From positions 7,502,001 to 7,566,000 of the forward strand of contig NC_135662.1 of the NCBI RefSeq assembly GCF_964188315.1: DNA of 64,000 nucleotides, written 5' to 3'. This DNA comes from Podarcis muralis (lineage: Eukaryota). The notes below the pieces were generated by a model. The model was not told where the DNA came from. It made no database searches and saw only the letters and a program-made list of their open reading frames with translations. The position numbers and the translations under genes were made by a program. Shown in pieces: positions 10,874 to 24,352 of this stretch; position 1 is the stretch's first letter, and every line of letters begins with the position of its first letter.

Positions 10874-13800
10874 CCTTCATGGATCACTGCCTCCTTCATG
10901 GATCACTGCCTTGCCGTGGCGAAGGGGCTTGAATAACTCAGAGAAGCTATGAGCTATGAGCTATGCCGTGCAGGGCCACCCAAGATGGACAGGTCATAGT
11001 GGAGAGTTTTGACCAAACGTGATCCACCTGGAGCAGGAACTGGCAAGCCACTCCAGTATCCCTGCCAAGAAAACTCCATGGACAAAGACAACAGGCATAT
11101 AAAAGTTATGACGCTGGAAGATGAGCCCCTCAGGTCGGAAGGTGTCCAACATGCTACTGGGGAAGAGCGGAGGACAAGTACAAGTAGATCCAGAGCTGAT
11201 GAAGCGGCTGGGCCAAAGCCGAAAGGACGCTCAGTTGCGGATATGCATGGAAGCGAAAGGAAAGTCCAATGCTGTAAAGAAAAATATTGCATAGGAACCT
11301 GAAATGTAAGAACCATGAACCTGGGTAAGTTGGATGTGGTCAAAAATGAGATGGCATGAAGAAATATTGACATCTTGGGCATCAGTGAACTAAAATGGAC
11401 GGGAATGGGCGAATTCAGTTCGGATGACTATCATATCTACTACTGTGGACAAGAAACCCGTAAAAGAAATGGAGTGGCCCTCATAGTCAACAAAAGAGTG
11501 GTGAAAGCTGTACTGGGATGCAATCTCAAAAATGATAGAATGATCTCGATACGAATCCAAGGCAGACCTTTTAACATCACAGTAATCCAAGTTTATGCAC
11601 CAACTACTGGTGCTGAAGAAACTGAAATTGACCAATTCTATGAAGACTTACAAGACCTTATAGAAATGACACCAAAGAAGGATGTTCTGCTCATAATAGG
11701 GGATTGGAATGCTAAAGTAGGGAATCAAGAGATAAAAGGAACAACTGGCAAGTTTGGCCTTGGAGTTCAAAACGAAGCAGGGCAAAGGCTAATAGAGTTC
11801 TGTCAAGAGAACAAGCTGGTCATCACAAACACGCTTTTCCAACAACACAAGAGATGACTCTACACATGGACATCACCAGATGGGCAGCATCGAAATCAGA
11901 TTGATTATATTCTCTGCAGCCAAAGATGGAGAAGCTCTATACAGTCAGCAAAAACAAGACCTGGAGCTGACTGTGGCTCAGATCATCAGCTTCTTATAGC
12001 AAAATTCAAGCTTAAACTGAAGAAAGTAGGAAAAACCACTGGGCCGGTAAGATACAATCTAAGTCAAATCCCTTATGAATACACAGTGGAAGTGAGGAAC
12101 AGGTTTAAGGATTTAGATTTGGTGGACAGAGTGCCTGAAGAACTATGGATGGAGGCTCGTAACATTATACAAGAGGCAGCAACTAAAACCATCCCAATGA
12201 AAAGGAAATGCAAGAAAGCAAAGTGGCTGTCCAACGAGGCCTTACAAATAGCAGGGGAGAGAAGGCAAGCAAAATGCGAGGGAGATAGTGAAAGATACAG
12301 GAAATTGAATGCAGATTTCCAAAAAATAGCAAGGAGAGACAAGAAGGCCTTCTCAAACGAGCAATGCAAAGAAATAGAGGAAAACAATAGAATGGGAAGA
12401 ACCAGAGATCTGTTCAAGAAAATTGGAGATATGAAAGGAACATTTTGTACAAAGATTTCCATAATAAAAGACAAAAGTGGAAAGGACCTAACAGAAGCAG
12501 AAGACATCAAGAAGAGGTGGCAAGAATACACAGAGGAACTATACCAGAAAGAAATTGATGTCTCGTATACCCCAGGTAGTGTGGTTGCTGACCTTGAGCC
12601 AGACATCCTGGAAAGTGAAGTCAAATGGGCCTTAGAAAGCATCGCTAATAACAAGGCCAGTGGAAGTGATGATATTCCAGCTGAATTATTTAAAATTTTA
12701 AAAGATGATGCTGTTAAGGTGCTACACTCAATATGCCAGCAAATTTGGAAAACTCAGCAGTGGCCAGAAGATTGGAGAAGATCAGTCTACATCCCAATCC
12801 CAAAGAAGGGAAGTGCCAAAGAATGCTCCAACTACCACACAATTGCACTTATTTCACACGCTAGCAAGGTTATGCTTAAAATTCTACAAGGCAGGCTTAA
12901 GCAGTATGTGGACCGAGAACTCCCAGAAGTGCAAGCTGGATTTAGAAGAGGCAGAGGAACCAGAGACCAAATTGCAAACATGCACTGGATTATGGAGAAA
13001 GCTAGAGAGTTCCAGAAAGACATCTACTTCTGCTTCATTGACTATGCAAAAGCCTTTGACTGTGTTGACCACAGCAAACTATGGCAAGTTCTTAAAGAAA
13101 TGGGAGTGCCTGATCACCTCATCTGTCTCCTGAGAAATCTCTATGTGGGACAAGAAGCTACAGTTAGAACTGGATATGGAACAACTGATTGGTTCAAAAT
13201 TGGGAAAGGAGTACGACAAGGCTGTATATTGTCCCCCTGCTTATTTAACTTATATGCAGAATTCATCATGCGAAAGGCTGGGCTGGATGAATCCCAAGCC
13301 GGAATTAAGATTGCCGGAAGAAATATCAACAACCTCAGATATGCAGATGACACAACCTTGATGGCAGAAAGTGAGGAGGAATTAAAGAACCTTTTAATGA
13401 GGGTGAAAGAGGAGAGCGCAAAATATGGTCTGAAGCTCAACATCAAAAAAACGAAGATCATGGCCACTGGTCCCATCACCTCCTGGCAAATAGATGGGGA
13501 AGAAGTGGAGGCAGTGAGAGATTTTATTTTCTTGGGCTCCATGATCACTGCAGATGGTGACAGCAGTCACGAAATTAAAAGACGCCTGCTCCTTGGGAGA
13601 AAGGCGATGGCAAATCTAGACAACATCTTAAAAAGTAGAGACATCACCTTACCAACAAAGGTCCGTATAGTTAAAGCCATGGTTTTCCCAGTAGTGATGT
13701 ATGGAAGTCAGAGCTGGACCATAAAGAAGGCTGATCGCCGAAGAATTGATGCTTTTGAATTATGGTGCTGGAGGAGACTCTTGAGAGTCCCATGGACTGC

Positions 13801-14119
13801 AAGAAGATCAAACCTATCCATTCTTAAGGAAATCAGACCTGAGTGCTCACTGGAAGGACAGATCGTGAAGTTGAGGCTCCAATACTTTGGCCACCTCATG
13901 AGAAGAGAAGACTCCCTGGAAAAGACCCTGATGTTGGGAAAGATGGAGGGCACAAGGAGAAGGGGACGACAGAGGATGAGATGGTTGGATAGTGTTCTCG
14001 AAGCTACAAACATGAGCCTGACCAAACTGCGGGAGGCGGTGGAAGACAGGAGTGCCTGGCGTGCTCTGGTCCATGGGGTCACGAAGAGTCGGACACGACT
14101 AAACGACTAAACAACAACA
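10874..14119 (+). mobile_element. Full-length RTE-BovB LINE (endonuclease + reverse transcriptase)
   Basis: One reading frame from about 11009 to 14110 with APE motifs (GISELKW, GDWNA) and RT YADD; three in-frame TGA stops. (CAA)n tail; 11 bp TSD ACTGGTGGAAT. Confidence 0.97.
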
Positions 14120-14480
14120 ACTGGTGGAATGTTCTATCATGCACTTTTTTAAAAAATCTGGGAGAAATATTTTCTTCTGTTTTCTTCAAACATTCGAGCT
14201 CAACATGTGAAGATTTCTTTACTTCATTCCTTTGGCAATGAATCTGTTTTCTATACCATTTAGCAAGTCATCCCTCTTAACTCAAAGTCTGTTGAAGTGG
14301 CATTTCTTTTTATTTAATTTTCTAAAACATACAAAGCATTACTCCTGCTAAAACAAGGACTGCTAAAACAAGGACAAAAATTAACAGAGTAAATGAATCC
14401 AAAATAGTAAAATAGTGAGTACAGAGGAAAGCAAGTACCAAGAGATAGAATATGACACTTTCTGAGCTTTTTTGAAGTCT

Positions 14481-15476
14481 TCACATCCGGGTTTGAACTG
14501 AAACTTCTCGTTCCTCTCTGCAGTTTTCCTCCTCTTTGAAAAGTCTCTGGAGTATGACCTTCATGCTCTCCCTGGATCGAGCCCTCTTGTTTCTCCCAAT
14601 CAGGAAATAAATCAGTGGGTTAATACTGCTATTCAGGCAGCTGCATAATAACCCAACAGATATTGCAACAAATTGCAGTTTATAGTCTACAACTGGAGTG
14701 AAAAAACAGATCAATACAATGCAAGTTAATGGGAAAGCTAAGAAGAGAAAGAAGAGGAGGGCAAGTAGAATGGCTGTTAAAGCTTTTCCCTTCTTCCTTT
14801 GTTGTGATCTAAAGTAAAGTTTTATAAACAGGACCAGAGTGGAAACAGTCATGAGTGGGAGGCAAAGTATAGCATTCATTAGAAGGTGGTAGAGAATGGT
14901 ATACAGTAGAATGTTAAAAATAGAAACAATCAAGTTGATTGCAGTGAGCAGGAAAGAAATGATCCATATTGTGGCACACACAAGGGTGGAAAAGTGTGGT
15001 GGTCGGTGGCATCTATGCCAAAGTGGGAAAACGACAGAAACACACCTGTCCATGCTAATGGCTGTCAACAGATATTGACCAGTGTTGTTCATAAACCACA
15101 ACAAATTCTCGAATACTGCAAAGAAGTTATTATAAAAAGTGAAGAATGGAAATAAAGTCAAAATTCTCATAATTGAAAGAGGATATAAGGTCATGAGAGC
15201 CCCAAGGTCAGCAACAGCCAGATGTAGTATGAAAGTGGTGAAAGGATTCCTCTTCATGCAAAAACCAAGTAACCAGATGACAGTTCCATTCCCAATGATT
15301 CCAAAAATGCTAATAAGTAAAATGGAGATGGAGATAAGAATGTCTGCTATATCATATGGTGATAATTCGTGATCGAAACCATCCTCGGGGGTTAGGAAGT
15401 CAGTTGCATTTTCTGCTCCAATATCTTCCAACGAAGCATTCAAAGTGGACCAGGATCCCAGGCCATCATTGCTCAT
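14481..15476 (-). CDS. MAS-related GPCR, clade 1 copy 2, 331 aa
   Basis: Intact 7TM ORF, same length and motifs as 5348..6343. Confidence 0.95.
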   Translation of the reverse strand: MSNDGLGSWSTLNASLEDIGAENATDFLTPEDGFDHELSPYDIADILISISILLISIFGIIGNGTVIWLLGFCMKRNPFTTFILHLAVADLGALMTLYPLSIMRILTLFPFFTFYNNFFAVFENLLWFMNNTGQYLLTAISMDRCVSVVFPLWHRCHRPPHFSTLVCATIWIISFLLTAINLIVSIFNILLYTILYHLLMNAILCLPLMTVSTLVLFIKLYFRSQQRKKGKALTAILLALLFFLFLAFPLTCIVLICFFTPVVDYKLQFVAISVGLLCSCLNSSINPLIYFLIGRNKRARSRESMKVILQRLFKEEENCREEREVSVQTRM

Positions 15477-15516
15477 CTTGCTGTATCTGGACTCTTGGGC
15501 TCTTTCTTGTATAGTT

Positions 15517-16294
15517 CTAACAAGAGAAAATAAACAAATGTGGAGTCAATTTTAGCTGTAAAGCTCAACCATATGAAACTGAGACACTCAAACAATAACA
15601 AAAGAGACATGCTATAGTGGGAATTCATGACTGATGAACACTTTAGGAATATAGTCATTGGAATGTTTGCCACAACTTATCAGTTTCAAAGGCTAAGGGG
15701 GGAAATGGAGTTTGCCGATGTGTTGTGGATCTTTTGCTCTGAGTAAAAAAATTGCATTCACAACATCAGTAAGCATATTGTTTTAGAACTCAAATTCTCC
15801 TCTTCTGCTCTCTGACTCAGCCTTAAGATTGGAAACTAACCTCTTGTGTCACGGTCATTGGTTGGTTGGGTGTTGGAGAAGAGGAGTGTGAGAAGGAGTT
15901 GAACAGCTCTTGTGATTCGGGAAACAAAAGCTAGAATGAATTGGGAAGGCATGTGTAATTTTATTGTTATTAAAATGTGATTTTGAACAAAAGTGGATAA
16001 ATAAAACACAAGTTGAATTGGGATTATTAAGAAATATGAAAATGAGAAGAAGAAAAAACACAATAGATTACCCAGATAGCAAGATTTTTACAATGTGGAA
16101 TGTATTAGACAAACCATTCCTCTATCCTGCATAGTACTTTCTGCTCTGACTGGACGTGGGAATCAAAAATTCCTGCCGTCTTCACCAGCCATCCACCTGG
16201 TATCCTTCTAACAGAACACCCCATGGAGTTAGCTTGCCCCACCTATAAGCCAAAGGTGCACAGCATTGTCATTCAGCTACAGATCCCCTCTTAC
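15517..16294 (-). other. Predicted 5' UTR intron of clade 1 copy 2
   Basis: Same donor and acceptor motifs as copy 1. Confidence 0.6.
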
Positions 16295-17194
16295 CTTTGC
16301 TAATGAATGACATCAAAAGTAGTTATTCACATTGCTCTCAAAAACTTTGGATCAGCATCCCTCCGGCATGGTGAGCGGGAGCAGCAAGTGGTGCTGGAAT
16401 AAGCAGGTAATCGGAAGATATTCAGAAATTGTTAAGATGCCTCATCTGGTTCTTAGTAAGATGGGTAGGATTCTGCCCATGTGTCTTCAGTTCTGTGTAA
16501 TCCATTTGCCACCATTGTGTGATAAGCTGGTTGCTTTGTGCCTTGGGTCTCAGGATAGCATTTGGCAAACTCAGGAGGAGATTCTTGCCTTCTAAAGTTC
16601 AGTGCCCCAAGCAAGCACTCTTGAGAAGAGAGAGTTTGCAAGTGGTAAGCAAGTCCAACTTCTCTTTGCCCCTATCTGGAGAAATATCTTTATTGATTAG
16701 AGTGTCACCTGACCCATTAACAGAAAGACTAACCAGTGTATTCAGAGAGAAATCAGCTTGTGGTTGGTTCTGCTGGAGAAGAACGTAGGCTGGGGTGGAG
16801 AAATGTATCTGAAGAACAAAAAAGAGAGTCCTTCTAGATCAGTTCAGTGGCCCTTGCAGTCAATTGTCCTGGTCTCACAGTGGCCAAACACAAGCTTCAA
16901 GGAAGCCCACAACAGCTTCTGAACACAACAGTACTCTGCTCCCCTGTGACGTTCTGCTGGCAGGCCTCAATCTCCTTAATTTTCCAACTGCCTTGGGACG
17001 ACATTGACATGTGTGGGAGGCCAACCTGCTATTTTTTTGTGGGGTGTGGTCACACTTCTGCACAATCCCAGATGCATCAATCCTTTAAAGCCTCTAATTT
17101 TTTTGGAGTACTCTTCATTCCATACTGGCGACAAGGAAAAAATAAATTCTCTTTTCTGAATAAGGCTGAAATGTAGCCAGACCAAGAGATGGTA

Positions 17195-17252
<58 letters not shown>

Positions 17253-18534
17253 CCTCCCTGTGTGTGTGTGTTTATGTGTATGAGTATAAGTATGAGAGAG
17301 AAAGAGACCTACTACATGCCCCCTTCCACCTTGTTCTTAGTTTTTTCCATTCAGTCATTCCATTTCCCATTCCAATGAATTTTCTTTGGGTTGTTCTGGG
17401 GTTTTTATGCCCCTCTCAGTGATACACAAAGCATGCCTCTTATGCAATGGTGGTATAATTTTGGATACAGGAGGGCAAACATGAGAAATATCAACTTGAT
17501 ATTACTGCACATGAGACTTAAATATGTGATATAGAAGACTCTGTATGAGAATGGTCTACTGGGCACATGTTCATGACCGTTAAATGCCAGGACATTGTTA
17601 TCTGCCACCAGAGCTATCTTGCTTGAACTTCTGCAGAAGATAGTTGGGTGTTTCCTGTGAGAGGAGACAGTTACAAAAGCATCTAACCCAAAACTTATAT
17701 TATAGGGGAAAATAACTATATATGCAATAATGACATGCAAAAGAATTCCAAAACATTATGGGGCTAATTAAAGTTCTGGGCCTCAGACCACATTCAGTTC
17801 TCAATCCTTGGGTTCTATCCTTCTTCAGCAGTCCAACACCAAGTTAATTCTTCTCTTTTGAATAATCATATTTACTTTCATTAATAGCGCACACAGACAA
17901 GTACACACACACTAAGAGAGGGAGAGAGACAGCCACAAACACAAACACGGACACAGACACAGACACAGACACAAACACAGAGTGCAGGAGCTAGGATTGA
18001 AGACACTAATATCTCCCTGTTACCCACCAGGTGCTTTGTGCCATTCTGATAATGAGTGTTACTCGCTCAGGCTGATTTTTGGTTAGCCTTTTAGGTGAGC
18101 AGCTTGCTGCTTCTCAATTGCATTAGAGCCTTTGCACACTTTGGTGGGTCACTTAGGTTGTTCCAGTGAAAAGCTAATCAGCTTAAGAGGAGCCTGGTCA
18201 TCTTCTCCCATGTCCAGGGGTGACTCTTTCCTCTGCAATGCAGAGTGGACTGCATGGTTTCACCTGACTGCTTTATTCTCATGCCCCATCCCAATCCTTC
18301 TTAATAAGTGTTGACTAGAATGATGTGTCAAGGTGAGTCCATGATGATGTCGGTTCTTCATCGTGCAAAGGAGTCTAGTGTAGCTTTGGATATAGCATCA
18401 ATGGCTAGCATTGAGTGGAAAGTGCATTGTGACATGATATGGAACCATCTTCCTCCTGTATCCACTGGTGTTTTTTTCAAAAACGTTATTGGAAAGATAG
18501 AGAAACATTGATGTCACAAATCACTTCTGCTAAT

Positions 18535-19368
18535 TGTCACATTGCCCTATAAAGGTGTAGATGGCAGAACTTTGTGTATTTCTATATGCACATAGATGGG
18601 ATCCTCATAACAGAGTCCTGGTTGCGCTCAGGTCCCAAGAGCTCACCTGACAGGGTTGAAATGGGGGGGGGAGGGGGCGGGAAGTCCTGGCCATTCCCCT
18701 GGGATCATGCCAGCTGGCTTTAGCCAATAGCCAGTAGGTGGTGTGATCCTAGGTGCTTTAAAAACAGCAGTGTGATGCAAGTGGGTCACTTGCATTTGCA
18801 TGGCTGAACAACCACCCAAACTCCCGAGTTCAGGTAGAGTCGCTTGGCCTTGCTTTGGTTTGGGTTGCCTGTTTTGGAACAGGGGCTTGGTAGGAATTTT
18901 TTTCCCATTTGGCAGATTGGCTTTAGCCCTTTGATTTTTGCCTACCCCTTAGCAAATCATCACATCTTGTAAGGTGGCGGTTAGGCATTGGCTCAGTTGG
19001 ATTGTGGGGAGGGGAGGTGTGGCCATCACCTGCCCCTCCAGGAACTGGGTATTCTTTTAACGGAATCTGGGGGTCCTGGATCTTGTCCGAAGTCCACTTG
19101 AGGGGCTAGGGCCATGCCAGGACCACACGAACCCCAAGGTGAGCGTAGGCTGGTTCTCATCAAGCTTGTTCCCTCATTTGGTTGACCCCATTCAACGATC
19201 ACCCTGAGAGGTGGAGTCAGTTATAGTGGGGAGTCAATGCCTAAGCCAATACCGCTCCCGTGATTGTATTTCAATAAAGTTGTGGCCAAAATTTGCCCCA
19301 AAAGTTTAACTAATATAAGTGTCCGTATGTATTTATTTTAGGGGTGGGTCTAGGGGCCCCGAGGCGCA
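18535..19368 (+). mobile_element. Solo LTR-like element (unit copy 3)
   Basis: Paralogue of 3941-4767. Confidence 0.65.
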
Positions 19369-19949
19369 ATTGTAATTTCTATATCACTACATCCATATAA
19401 TAAGCAGTGCTATTTTTCAGCCGTAACTAATTGGAACTCAGTTCCAGCACCTCTCAGGTGCGTGCGGCTGAAATTATAACAGAACAAGGGAGGCCATTAT
19501 GGTGAGTTTCTGCACCTCTTTTTCTAGAAAAATAGCACAGAAAATAGGGATTGTACTGGTGGAATGTTCCATAATGCACTTTTTAAAAAAATCTGGGGGA
19601 AATGTTTTCTTCTGTTTTCTTCAAACATTTGAGCTCTACATGGGAAGATTTCTTTACTTCATTCCCTTTGGCAATGAATCTGTTTTCTATACCATTTAGC
19701 AAGCCATCCCTCTTAACTCAAAGTCTGTTGAAGTGGCATTTCTTTTTATTTCATTTTCTAAAACATACAAAACATTAATCCTGCCAAATGGGCAATCCAA
19801 GGGGCTTTTAGCGATACTCCTGAAACAAGGACAAAAATTAACAGAGTAAATGAATCCAAAATAGTAAAATTGTGAATACAGAGGAAAACAAGTACCAAGA
19901 AAAACACCAAGAGATAGAAAATGACACTTCCTGAGCTTTTTTGAAGTCT

Positions 19950-20945
19950 TCACATCCAGGTTTGAACTGAAACTTCTCGTTCCTCTCTGCAGTTTTCCTT
20001 CTCTTTGAAAAGTCTCTGGAGTATGACATTCATGCTCTCCCTAGATCGAGCCCTCTTGTTTCTCCCAATCAGGAAATAAATCAGTGGGTTAATACTGCTA
20101 TTCAGGCAGCTGCATAATAACCCAACAGATATTGCAAAAGATTCAACATTATAGGCTATAAATGGAGTGAAAAAACAGATCAATACAATGCAAGTTAATG
20201 GGAAAGCTAAGAAGAGGAAGAAGAGGAGGGCAAGGAGGATGGCTGTTAAAGCTTTTCCCTTCTTCCTTTGTTGTGACCTAAAGTAAAGTTTTATAAACAG
20301 GACCAGAGTGGAAACAGTCATGAGTGGGAGGCAAAGTATAGCATTCACTAGAAGGTGGTAGAAAATGGTATGTGATAGAATGTTAAAAAGATAAAGAATC
20401 ATGCCGATTACAGTGAGCAGGAAAGAAATGATCCATATTGTGGCACACACAAGGGTGGAAAAGTGTGGTGGTCGGTGGCATCGATGCCAAAGTGGGAAAA
20501 CGACAGAAACACACCTGTCCATGCTAATGGCTGTCAACAGATATTGACCAGTGTTGTTCATAAACCACAACAAATTCTCGAATACTGCAAAGAAGTTATT
20601 ATAAAAAGTGAAGAATGGAAATAAAGTCAAAATTCTCATAATTGAAAGAGGAGATAAGCTCATGAGAGCCCCAAGGTCAGCAACAGCCAGATGTAGTATG
20701 AAAGTGGTAAAAGGATTCCTCTTCATGCAAAAACCAAGTAACCAGATGACAGTTCCATTCCCAATGATTCCAAAAATGCTAATAAGTAAAATGGAGATGG
20801 AGATAACAATGTCTGCTATATCATATGGTGATAATTCGTGATCGAAACCATCCTCGGGGGTTAGGAAGTCAGTTTCATTTTCTGCTCCAATATCTTCCAA
20901 CGAAGCATTCAAAGTGGACCAGGATCCCAGGCCATCATTGCTCAT
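19950..20945 (-). CDS. MAS-related GPCR, clade 1 copy 3, 331 aa
   Basis: Intact 7TM ORF, nearly identical to copy 2 except in extracellular-facing segments. Confidence 0.95.
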   Translation of the reverse strand: MSNDGLGSWSTLNASLEDIGAENETDFLTPEDGFDHELSPYDIADIVISISILLISIFGIIGNGTVIWLLGFCMKRNPFTTFILHLAVADLGALMSLSPLSIMRILTLFPFFTFYNNFFAVFENLLWFMNNTGQYLLTAISMDRCVSVVFPLWHRCHRPPHFSTLVCATIWIISFLLTVIGMILYLFNILSHTIFYHLLVNAILCLPLMTVSTLVLFIKLYFRSQQRKKGKALTAILLALLFFLFLAFPLTCIVLICFFTPFIAYNVESFAISVGLLCSCLNSSINPLIYFLIGRNKRARSRESMNVILQRLFKEKENCREEREVSVQTWM

Positions 20946-20985
20946 CTTGCTGTATCTGTACTCTTGGCCTCTTTCTTGTATAGTT

Positions 20986-21763
20986 CTAACAAAAGAAAAT
21001 AAACAAATGTGGAGTCAGTTTTAGCTGTAAAGCTCAACCATATGAAACTGAGACACTCAAACAATAACAAAAGAGACATGCTATAGTGGGAATTCATGAC
21101 TGATGAACACTTTAGGAATATAGTCATTGGAATGTTTGCCACAACTTATCAGTTTCAAAGGCTCAGGGGGGAAATGGAGTTTGCCGATGTGTTGTGGATC
21201 TTTTGCTCTGAGTAAAAAAATTGCATTCACAACATCAGTAAGCATATTGTTTTAGAACTCAAATTCTCCTCTTCTGCTCTCTGACTCAGCCTTAAGATTG
21301 GAAACTAACCTCTTGTGTCACGGTCATTGGTTGGTTGGGTGTTGGAGAAGAGGAGTGTGAGAAGGAGTTGAACAGCTCTTGTGATTCGGGAAACAAAAGC
21401 TAGAATGAATTGGGAAGGCATGTGTAATTTTATTGTTATTAAAATGTGATTTTGAACAAAAGTGGATAAATAAAACACAAGTTGAATTGGGATTATTAAG
21501 AAATATGAAAATTAGAAGAAGAAGAAACACAATAGATTAGCCAGGCAGCAAGATTTTTAAAATGTGGAATGTATTAGACAAACCATTACTCTATCCTGCC
21601 TAGTACTTGCTGCTCTGACTGGATGTGGAAACCAAAAATTCCTGTCGTCTTCACCAGCCATCCGCCTGGTATCCTTCTAACAGAACACTCCATGGAGATA
21701 GCTTGCCCCACCTATAAGCCAAAGGTGCACAGCATTGTCATTCAGCTACAGATCCCCTCTTAC
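20986..21763 (-). other. Predicted 5' UTR intron of clade 1 copy 3
   Basis: Same donor and acceptor motifs as copy 1. Confidence 0.6.
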
Positions 21764-22020
21764 CTTTGCTAATGAATGACATCAAAAGTAGCTATTCACA
21801 TTGCTCTCAAAAACTTTGGAACAGCATCCCTCGGGCATGGTGAGTGGGAGCAGCAAGTGGTGCTGGAATAAGCAGGTAATCCGAAGATTTGCAAGATGTG
21901 TTGGATTCTGCCCATGTGTCTTCAGTTCTGTGTAATCCATTTGCCAGCATTGTGTGATAAGCTGGTTGCTTTGTGCCTTGGGTCTCAGGATAGCATTTGG
22001 CAAACTCAGGAGGAGATTCT

Positions 22021-22279
22021 GAGCCAGTGTGGTGTAGTGGTTAAGAGCGGTAGTCTGCTAATCTGGGGAACCGGGTTCGCGTCTCCGCTCCTCCACTTGC
22101 AGCTGCTGGGTGACCTTGGGCCAGTCACACTTCTCTGAAGTCTCTCAGCCCCACTCACCTCACAGAGTGTTTGTTGTGGGGGAGGAAGGGAAAGGAGAAT
22201 GTTAGCCGCTTTGAGACTCCTTAAAGGGAGTGAAAGGCGGGATATCAAATCCAAACTCTTCTTCTTCTTCTTCTTCTTC
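22021..22279 (+). mobile_element. tRNA-derived SINE (Squam3-like)
   Basis: GAGCCAGTGTGGTGTAGTGG head and (TTC)n tail; absent from paralogous units. Confidence 0.88.
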
Positions 22280-23150
22280 TTGCCTTCTAAAGTTCAGTGC
22301 CCCAAGCAAGCACTCTTGAGAAGAGAGAGTTTGCAAGTGGTAAGCAAGTCCAACTTCTCTTTGTCCCTATCTGGAGAAATATCTTTATTGATTAGAGTGT
22401 CACCTGACCCATTAACAGAAAGACTAACCAGTGTATTCAGAGAGTAATCAGCTTGCGGTTGCTTCTGCTGGGGAAGAACGTAGGCTGGGGTGGAGAAATA
22501 TATCTGAAGAACAAAAAAGAGAGTCCTTCTAGATCAGTTCAGTGGCCCTTGCAGTCAATTGTCCTGGTCTCACAGTGGCCAAACAGATGCTTCAAGGAAG
22601 CCCACAACAGCTTCTGAACACAACAGTACTCTCCTCCCACATGATGTTCTGCTGGCAGGCTTCAATCGCCTTAATTTTCCAACCCCCCTGGGACAACTTT
22701 GACATGTGCCTTTTTGCTTTTTTTGGTGGGGCGTGGGAACACTTCTGTCTGATCCCATATGCACCAGTTCTTTACAGCCTCTATTGATATCAAGTACTCT
22801 TCACTCCATCCTGGGGGACATGGAGAAAAATAGCTCAGTCTGAATAAGGCTTAGCCATACCATAAGATGTTATTTCTGGTGTTTTTTCATGGGAGAGAAA
22901 AAAAAGAAAGAAGGAGGGAAAGCCACTCCATTCTATGCCACTCCAACGCACTCTCACACTCATTCGACATTCCAACCCACTGAGTTTTCAGTGGGGTGTT
23001 CAGAGTTTTTTATGCCCCTCTCAGAGCTACCCAAATCTACTGAAGTATGCCTCTTATGTAAAGGTTGTACAGTTTTGGCTACAGGAGTATCAACTTGGTG
23101 TTACTGCACATGAGACTAATATATACGAATATGTATGACATACTGGGCAC

Positions 23151-24352
23151 ATGGATCTCTCAGCGGCCTTTGATACAATCGACCATAACATCCTTCTGGA
23201 CCATCTAGAGGGGTTGGGAGCTGGGGGCACTGTTATACAGTGGTTTCGCTCCTTCCTCCTGGGCCGTGTTCAGAAAGTGGTGGTGGGGGATGAGTGTTCA
23301 GACCCTTGGGCCCTCACTTGTGGGGTGCCTCAGGGTTCCGTCCTCTCCCCCATGCTTTTTAACATCTATATGAAGCCGCTGGGAGAGATCATCAGGGGGT
23401 TTGGACTGGGTGTCCATCAATATGCAGATGATACCCAGCTCTACCTCTCTTTCAAATCAGAACCAGTGAAGGCGGTGAAGGTCCTGTGTGAGTGCCTGGA
23501 GGCGGTTGGAGGATGGATGGCGGCTAATGGATTGAAGCTGAATCCTGACAAGACAGAAGTACTGTTTTTGGGGGACAGGGGGCGGGCTAGTGTGGAGGAC
23601 TCCCTTGTCCTGAATAGGGTAACTGTGCCCCTGAAGGACCAGGTGCGTAGCCTGGGAGTCATTTTGGACTCACAGCTGTCCATGGAGGCGCAGGTCAATT
23701 CTGTATCCAGGGCAGCTGTCTACCAACTCCACCTGGTACGCAGGCTGAGACCCTACCTGCCCGCAGACTGTCTCGCCAGAGTGGTGCATGCTCTAGTTAT
23801 CTCCCGCTTGGACTACTGCAATGCGCTCTACGTGGGGCTACCTTTGAAGGTGACTCGGAAACTACAGCTAATCCAGAATGCGGCAGCTAGACTGGTGACT
23901 GGGGGCGGCCGCCGAGACCACATAACACCGGTCTTGAAAGACCTACATTGGCTCCCAGTACGTTTCCGAGCACAATTCAAAGTGCTGGTGTTGACCTTTA
24001 AAGCCCTAAACGGCCTCGGCCCATTATAGCTGAAGGAGCGTCTCCACCCCCATCGTTCTGCCCGGACGCTGAGGTCCAGCGCCGAGGGCCTTCTGGCGGT
24101 TCCCTCATTGCGAGAAGCAAAGCTACAGGGAACCAGGCAGAGGGCCTTTTCAGTAGTGGCACTGGCCCTGTGGAACGCCCTCCCATCAGATGTCAAAACG
24201 ATAAACAACTACCTGACATTCAGAAGACATCTTAAGGCAGCCCTGTTCAGGGAAGTTTTTAATGTATGATATTTTAGTGTTTTTTGGTTTCTATGGAAGC
24301 CGCCCAGAGTGGCTGGGGAAACCCAGCCAGATGGGCGGGGTACAAATAATAA

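Noticed and set aside
15473-15673. 66 aa ORF overlapping the receptor start (also 20942-21142) as a uORF
   Set aside because: It crosses the predicted splice acceptor into intron sequence and is deleted in copy 1.
22021-22100. tRNA genes at SINE heads
   Set aside because: The A/B boxes belong to full SINE copies with bodies and tails; no cloverleaf is supported.
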